Positions 59,116 to 64,000 of a DNA stretch of 64,000 nt are shown in pieces; positions within the stretch are counted from its first letter, which is position 1; every line of letters starts with the position of its first letter. The notes below the pieces were generated by a model. It saw only the letters and a list, made by a program, of their open reading frames with translations. It made no database searches and was not told the DNA's origin. The DNA is taken from the NCBI GenBank assembly GCA_046756405.1, contig JBHHWH010000001.1, positions 3,133-67,132 on the forward strand. Reading direction: 5' to 3'. The stretch comes from Acidimicrobiia bacterium (GTDB lineage: Bacteria > Actinomycetota > Acidimicrobiia > Spongiisociales > ZC4RG35). Made by a program: the position numbers and the translations under genes.

Positions 59116-60852
59116 ATGCGACTGAGCGTGGCGGGGTTGGCACTGATAGTGGCGTGCACCGCGGTGCCGGCGCCGGAGACCACCATCTCCACCGAGGCGG
59201 CATCGACGACGGTGGCGCCGACGACCACCACCACGATCCGGCCGGTGCCCGACCCGGAGTTCACCATGCGGGTCTCGGTGGGTTGCATGCCTTTGTTCGA
59301 CTTGATCATCGCCGAGCTGTCGATTGTGGAGTGTCCCGAATGGGGTATGCCCCTCCAGCCCTCCCTCTACCGGCTGGTCCCTCCCACCGCCACCTTGGTC
59401 CCCCTCCTCGCCGCCGACCCGACCCCTCCCCTGGGCCAGGCCACCGACGACGGCTGGGAGATCGTGGTGACCTTGCGCCAGGGGGTCACCTGGAGCGACG
59501 GCACCGTCGTGGATGCCGAAGACGTCGTCTACACGTATCAAGTCTTGAGTGACCAAGCCCCCTGGCGTTTCTCTTACACCGTGGAGGCGATTGACGACTT
59601 CACCGTCCGCTATGTCTGGGAAGAGAGGCCTACCACAAACATCTGGCAGTTCGAGGCCGCCCTGGCCCCCATCTTCTCCGCCGACTTCTGGGGAGCCCAG
59701 CAGGAACGACCCGAAGGTGGTTTCGGCTTCACCCCCGACCTCGAGCCCACCGCGATCCCCACCACCGGCCCCTACCGTCTGGCCGAGGTAGACGACGACT
59801 TCGAAGGCTGGATCCTGGAGGCAGTCCCCGCCTGGTGGGAGGCAGGCTCGTCGTTCACCGTGTGGCGTAACGGGTCGGTCCGCTATCGCAATCCCAACCT
59901 CGGCCTCGACGAGACCTACGGAGAGCCGGAAGGCGATGTGATAGCCGAGTGGACCGTGGGTCCCTACGCCTCCCGGGTGGAGTACTCGGTGTTTGGTGGC
60001 GTAAACGCAGAGATAGATGCTTTCCGAGAAGGTGACATCGACCTGATGCTCAGGAGCGTGGACTTCCCCTCGGGCATCCCCGACCTGGGGGCAGCCGCGG
60101 GGCTGGTGAGAAGCGTTCTCGGTGTCGACGTAGTGGTCTTCGAGTTCGATGCTCCTCCCTTCGACAATGTCGCCGTCCGCCGGGCCGCCGCCTGCGCCTT
60201 CGACCCCCAAGTCCTGGTCGGGAAGGTCCTTCCCGGCAAGGTCCTTCCCCCCACCGGATGGGGTGTCGGCCTCGGACCCTGGTGGGAGGACGCGTCCCTC
60301 GACTGCGAAGGAGTGGGGACGGGGAACATCCTCGAGGGGGTTCCCGTGGCAGGAGTTCTGGTCCGGCCCCCGGAGTACTCCCCGATACCGGCTGCCGTGG
60401 CCGCGGCGGTCTACGACTGGCTGGCTGGCCTGGGTGCTGAGCCCATCGACGGTTTCATCGAAATGGGCAGCATCTTCGATGATGACAGCGTGGCCGAGTT
60501 CACCGTCTTCGGGCTCGGCATCGACCCCGTACGTTTGATCACCAACCCTCGCGTCCTCATCGACACGGACATCGGCTGGCAACCTCCTGAAGCGGTCGCC
60601 CTCCTCGACCAGATTCGCAGCGCCTACGACCTGGAGACCGAACAGGCCGCCTACCGGGAGCTCCAGCAACTCGTCGCCGACCAGATCCCAGCGGTTCCTG
60701 TGCTCCGGCAGACAATGGTGGAGGCCTTCAACACCCACACCATCCTCCCGCCCTTCGTCACACCCACCGAAGACGGCTACACCACACCCCTCATCGGCGG
60801 TCTCCGGAACTGGGAGTCATGGGTCGTCCCCGCCACCCGTCAAGCCCCCTGA
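59116..60852 (+). CDS. ABC transporter substrate-binding lipoprotein, family 5 (peptide/nickel/opine type), paralogue A.
   Basis: Lipobox LIVACTA. SBP_bac_5 hallmarks include VTWSDGTVVDAEDVVYTY, GPYRL and large bilobal size. No permease or ATPase genes are adjacent. Confidence 0.8.
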   Translation: MRLSVAGLALIVACTAVPAPETTISTEAASTTVAPTTTTTIRPVPDPEFTMRVSVGCMPLFDLIIAELSIVECPEWGMPLQPSLYRLVPPTATLVPLLAADPTPPLGQATDDGWEIVVTLRQGVTWSDGTVVDAEDVVYTYQVLSDQAPWRFSYTVEAIDDFTVRYVWEERPTTNIWQFEAALAPIFSADFWGAQQERPEGGFGFTPDLEPTAIPTTGPYRLAEVDDDFEGWILEAVPAWWEAGSSFTVWRNGSVRYRNPNLGLDETYGEPEGDVIAEWTVGPYASRVEYSVFGGVNAEIDAFREGDIDLMLRSVDFPSGIPDLGAAAGLVRSVLGVDVVVFEFDAPPFDNVAVRRAAACAFDPQVLVGKVLPGKVLPPTGWGVGLGPWWEDASLDCEGVGTGNILEGVPVAGVLVRPPEYSPIPAAVAAAVYDWLAGLGAEPIDGFIEMGSIFDDDSVAEFTVFGLGIDPVRLITNPRVLIDTDIGWQPPEAVALLDQIRSAYDLETEQAAYRELQQLVADQIPAVPVLRQTMVEAFNTHTILPPFVTPTEDGYTTPLIGGLRNWESWVVPATRQAP

Positions 60853-60857
60853 TGTAA

Positions 60858-60910
60858 CCTTTCTGTGCGGGTTTGCGGACCGTTTTGGCCTGAAGACCCG
60901 CACAGAAAGG
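60858..60910. repeat. Inverted repeat / hairpin IR-B (CCTTTCTGTGCGG-27 nt-CCGCACAGAAAGG) between SBP gene A and SBP gene B.
   Basis: 13-bp perfect stem with a 27-nt loop. The loop is 22/27 identical to that of IR-A. It is followed by an identical tcttgagagggcgagATG leader. Confidence 0.6.
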
Positions 60911-60925
60911 TCTTGAGAGGGCGAG

Positions 60926-62605
60926 ATGCGACTGAGCATGGCGGGGTTGGCACTGATAGTGGCGTGCACCGCGGTGCCGGCTCCCGAGACCACCACAACC
61001 ACCAAGGCGGCATCGACGACGGTGCCGCCCACCACCACGACGGTGGCGGTCACGACAGCGGTTTGGGCGGCGGATCCGGACTTCACCCTCCGGGTGGGTG
61101 TAGAGGCCGGAGAGGCCGACGCCTACGGCGTCCCCCAACAGCCCTCCCTCTACCGGCTGGTGCCCCCCACCGCCACCCTGATCCCTCTCCTCGCCGTCGA
61201 GGCCGAACCTCCCCTGGGTCACGCCACAGACGACGGCTGGGAGATCATCGTCCCCCTCCGTCCCTGGGTCACCTGGGACGACGGCACTCCCGTGATTGCC
61301 GGAGACGTCGTCGCCTCCTTTCAGCGAGGAGCCTACGCCCGTGGGCTGGACCTTCTCCGCGCCGTGGAAGCCGTGGACAACCACACCGTGCGCCTCCTCT
61401 GGGAGGAGCGGCCCACCATCGAGGAGTGGCAGCTAGGAGTGGCCCTGGCCCCCATCGTTCCCGCCGGCTACACACCGGAGGCGACCGACCTCCCCACCAC
61501 CGGCCCCTACCGCCTCGCCGAAGTCGACAGCGACGGCTGGGCTCTGGAAGCAGTGTCCGGGTGGTGGGAGGCGGGCTCCACAATCACCGTGTGGGAGAAC
61601 GCCGCCGTCGCCTACCGTAACCCCACCCTCGACCTCAAAGAGACCTACGGCGAGCCCGCGGGAGAGGTGGTAGCCGAATGGACCCTGGGCCCCTACGCCT
61701 CCCGGGTCGAGTACCGGGTGTTCGAGGACTTCAACGAGATCAGTGTCGCCGTAGTGAACGGCGACCTCGACCTCGTCCTCAGCAAGCAGACAATCTCTCG
61801 GGGTCTACAACTGAGCTTCCTCGAACTAGACGACTGGGCCTTCACCGGAGGTCCGAGCAGCACCCTCTACTGGGTCGCCTTCAATACGCTGAAGAGACCC
61901 TTCAACGATCTGGCCGCCAGACGGGCCGCAACCTGCAGCTTCGACCCCCAATTCCTGGGGGAGACGGTGCTGGCAGGCGCGGGTATCCCTGCGGGTTGGG
62001 GAACCGGTCTCGGCCCCTGGCAGACGACCGCTGAACCGGTATGCGGCGCACAACGAAACCCGGGCATCCTCGAGGACCACAAGGTGAAGACGATCTCGCT
62101 GGGACCCGGATACAACCCCCTCGCAGCAACTTCCGGACTCTGGGTTGGAAAGTGGCTCAGCGATCTCGGCGCCGATGTGCTTCCTTACCCAGGATCGGAC
62201 AGCTCCCCATGGCGGATGGCCGAACAGCTCGCCGATCCCGAGGCCTGGAATGTCGCCATCATAAGCACCGAGATCGACCCGATACGGCTAGTCATCGACC
62301 CCGAGGAAGTGTCACGGGTCACCGGCTGGCATCCACCCGGTGCCCGCCTCCTCGCCGAACTCACCCACAACGCCTACACCCTCGCCACTGCCCAGGAGGC
62401 CACGAGGAGGCTCCAGCAGCTCTGGGCAGAGGATGTGCCTTCGGTCCCCCTGTTCCAGTGGAGATTCATCGAGCTCTTCAACGTCTCCACGATCGCCCCG
62501 CCCTTCCTGAGCCGGGACGGCGACGGCTACACCACCCCCCTCCTCGACGGTCTGCAGGCCTGGGAGTCCTGGGTGATCCCCGCCACCCGTCCCGCAGGCG
62601 GCTGA
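60926..62605 (+). CDS. ABC transporter substrate-binding lipoprotein, family 5, paralogue B.
   Basis: The first roughly 45 codons (signal peptide plus Thr-rich linker) are nearly identical at the DNA level to paralogue A, then diverge. VTWDDGTPVIAGDVV and GPYRLAEVD motifs are present. Confidence 0.8.
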   Translation: MRLSMAGLALIVACTAVPAPETTTTTKAASTTVPPTTTTVAVTTAVWAADPDFTLRVGVEAGEADAYGVPQQPSLYRLVPPTATLIPLLAVEAEPPLGHATDDGWEIIVPLRPWVTWDDGTPVIAGDVVASFQRGAYARGLDLLRAVEAVDNHTVRLLWEERPTIEEWQLGVALAPIVPAGYTPEATDLPTTGPYRLAEVDSDGWALEAVSGWWEAGSTITVWENAAVAYRNPTLDLKETYGEPAGEVVAEWTLGPYASRVEYRVFEDFNEISVAVVNGDLDLVLSKQTISRGLQLSFLELDDWAFTGGPSSTLYWVAFNTLKRPFNDLAARRAATCSFDPQFLGETVLAGAGIPAGWGTGLGPWQTTAEPVCGAQRNPGILEDHKVKTISLGPGYNPLAATSGLWVGKWLSDLGADVLPYPGSDSSPWRMAEQLADPEAWNVAIISTEIDPIRLVIDPEEVSRVTGWHPPGARLLAELTHNAYTLATAQEATRRLQQLWAEDVPSVPLFQWRFIELFNVSTIAPPFLSRDGDGYTTPLLDGLQAWESWVIPATRPAGG

Positions 62606-62612
62606 TCCGACT

Positions 62613-62659
62613 TTCTGTGAGTGTTTTTGCGCGCCTACACGCGGAAAGCGCTCACAGAA
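62613..62659. repeat. Inverted repeat / hairpin IR-C (TTCTGTGAGTG-23 nt-CGCTCACAGAA) between SBP-B and the amidase gene.
   Basis: Stem of 9-11 bp sharing the TTCTGTG/CACAGAA core with IR-A and IR-B, but with an unrelated loop. It begins 8 nt after the SBP-B stop. Confidence 0.5.
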
Positions 62660-62682
62660 CAAAACCGGGTAGCGTCCTGGCC

Positions 62683-63978
62683 GTGTTTGGCGTCACAGCA
62701 ACCGATCGCGTGAGAGAAGCCCTGGAACGGGCCCATGCCACCCAGGAGACCCTCAACGCCTTCACCCACATCGACGACGAAGGCGCCCTGGGCCGGGCCG
62801 CCGAGATTGACCAACGGATCAACGAGGGCTCCTACGCCGGGCCTCTGGCCGGGATCCCAATCGCCCTCAAAGACCTGCTCGACCAAGAAGGCCAGGTCAC
62901 GACCTGCGGCTCCGCCTTCTACCGCCGCCATGCCGACAAGGACGCCGCCTGTGTCGAGGCCATCGAGGAGGCGGGCGGGATCATCATCGGACGAACCGGC
63001 CTCCACGAGTTCGCCTTCGGCTTCTCCTCGGAGAACCCCCACTGGGGCCCGGTGCGCAACCCGTGGGACCCCAACACCTCCTCGGGTGGTTCCTCGGGAG
63101 GGTCGGCGGTGGCGGTGGCCGCCGGGATCACTCCAATAGCCATTGGCACCGACACCGGCGGCTCGGTCCGCGTCCCCGCCGCCCTCTGCGGCACCTTCGG
63201 GCTCAAGGTCACCTACGGGCGGATCCCCCTCGACGGCGTCTTCCCTCTGGTGCCCTCGATCGACACCGTGGGTCCTCTGGCCGACTCGATAGAACATCTC
63301 GACCTCCCCTACAGGGCGATGTCAGGCGACGATACCCCTGAGCCGGAGCCCCGTTCCCTCAGGCTCGGGGTCCCCCAGCCCTGGTACGACGAGGCTCCCT
63401 TGGCCGAAGACGTATCCGCTGCCTTCGGCGCGGTCATCGCTGCCCTCCGAGAGATGGGCCACCAGGTCCACACCATCGAGATGACCGAGGCCGTCCCCTC
63501 GCAGAGGATCTGGAACGCCATCGCCGAAGAGGTCCGGGAGGTACACCGGCCCTTCCGTGAACGGGGTGAGCGGTACGGGGACGACGTCGCCCACCGTCTC
63601 GACGACGCCGAGCAGGTCACCCCCGAGGAAGCGGCCGAGGCCCGGACCTGGCGGCAGCGTCTGCGCGACCAGTTTGCCGACGCCTTCGCCACCGTGGACT
63701 TCCTCATCACCCCCACGGTTCCGGTGCGCCGCAAGGTGATCGGAGAGGAGCGCCTACTGGGCCGCCACTACCGGGCCGTACTCTCCTACTTCACCGCCCT
63801 GGTCAACCACTCCCTCCACCCCGCCATCGCCCTGCCCCTCACCGGGAGCGGGGCGCCACCGGCTTCCCTTCAAGTGATCGGGCCCCGCCACTCCGAGGCG
63901 GCTCTGCTCGGGTTCGCACGAGGGTTGGAGGCCGACGGAATCTCCCGGTTCACAACGCCCCCTGGGGAATACCCGTAG
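62683..63978 (+). CDS. Amidase-signature family enzyme (GatA-like amidase).
   Basis: Ser-cisSer-Lys triad region GGSSGGSAVAVAAG...GTDTGGSVRVPAALCG and lysine in IPIALKD. GTG start proposed at 62683. Confidence 0.8.
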   Translation: MFGVTATDRVREALERAHATQETLNAFTHIDDEGALGRAAEIDQRINEGSYAGPLAGIPIALKDLLDQEGQVTTCGSAFYRRHADKDAACVEAIEEAGGIIIGRTGLHEFAFGFSSENPHWGPVRNPWDPNTSSGGSSGGSAVAVAAGITPIAIGTDTGGSVRVPAALCGTFGLKVTYGRIPLDGVFPLVPSIDTVGPLADSIEHLDLPYRAMSGDDTPEPEPRSLRLGVPQPWYDEAPLAEDVSAAFGAVIAALREMGHQVHTIEMTEAVPSQRIWNAIAEEVREVHRPFRERGERYGDDVAHRLDDAEQVTPEEAAEARTWRQRLRDQFADAFATVDFLITPTVPVRRKVIGEERLLGRHYRAVLSYFTALVNHSLHPAIALPLTGSGAPPASLQVIGPRHSEAALLGFARGLEADGISRFTTPPGEYP

Positions 63979-64000
63979 AACCAGACGCGGATAGACTTTC

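Noticed and set aside
59044-61384. Long antisense ORFs (564 aa at 59044-60738 and 197 aa at 60791-61384) on the minus strand opposite the two SBP genes.
   Set aside because: Their translations are Gly/Arg/Pro-rich low-complexity sequence typical of the non-coding frame of high-GC DNA. The sense-strand SBP genes have clear family motifs and lipoprotein signals.
59050-62659. Considered whether the TTCTGTG...CACAGAA hairpins are CRISPR repeats or MITE ends.
   Set aside because: Only three copies with long variable loops, no regular spacer architecture, no target-site duplications seen, and no cas or transposase genes nearby. They are treated as regulatory or RNA-structure repeats instead.

Overview
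High-GC (about 70%) actinobacterial-type chromosomal window, possibly class Acidimicrobiia or a related lineage (guess, low confidence). Genes are densely packed, with many ATGA/GTGA start-stop overlaps and GTG/TTG starts. Two off-by-one coordinate discrepancies arose while indexing by hand, so coordinates may be off by 1 nt in places. All calls rest on reading motifs in the supplied translations and sequence from memory of protein families; nothing was searched. Gene content in order: iscS-mnmA; a complete pstSCAB-phoU cluster followed by a co-directional OmpR-type response regulator and histidine kinase, with a candidate PHO-box upstream; pirin; an HTH regulator; a CPA2 cation/proton antiporter fused to USP domains, divergent from a USP/CBS protein; an ECF sigma/anti-sigma pair; an aldo-keto reductase; an orphan PAS histidine kinase preceded by a 30-aa hydrophobic peptide ORF; a 1298-aa SARP-ATPase-TPR regulator with an extra C-terminal HTH; alpha/beta hydrolase, a truncated enoyl-CoA hydratase remnant and a quinone oxidoreductase; citramalate synthase cimA preceded by what looks like an Ile-codon leader-peptide attenuator; an enoyl-CoA hydratase beside a GNAT + ADP-forming acyl-CoA synthetase fusion (Pat-like); tRNA-Leu(UAA); a mycobacterial-like syntenic block ppx-DUF501-ftsB-eno-mazG-(PPIase lipoprotein)-mfd; an epimerase, a CDP-alcohol phosphatidyltransferase, glpK-pth-rplY; pgl, hydrolases, a deoC-aldH-truncated-aldH operon; a DMT transporter, metG; Ni-superoxide dismutase sodN divergent from a SodX-type S26 peptidase fused to an AlkA-like HhH-GPD domain; an ACT protein, a DUF3048 lipoprotein, two tandem paralogous family-5 solute-binding lipoproteins flanked by three related long inverted repeats, and an amidase. 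No CRISPR, rRNA, transposase or integrase was recognised. The most unusual signals are the cimA Ile-leader attenuator, the repeated hairpins around the duplicated SBP genes, a 19-nt identical motif at two distant loci, the sodX-glycosylase fusion, and the small peptide between the big regulator and the orphan kinase.
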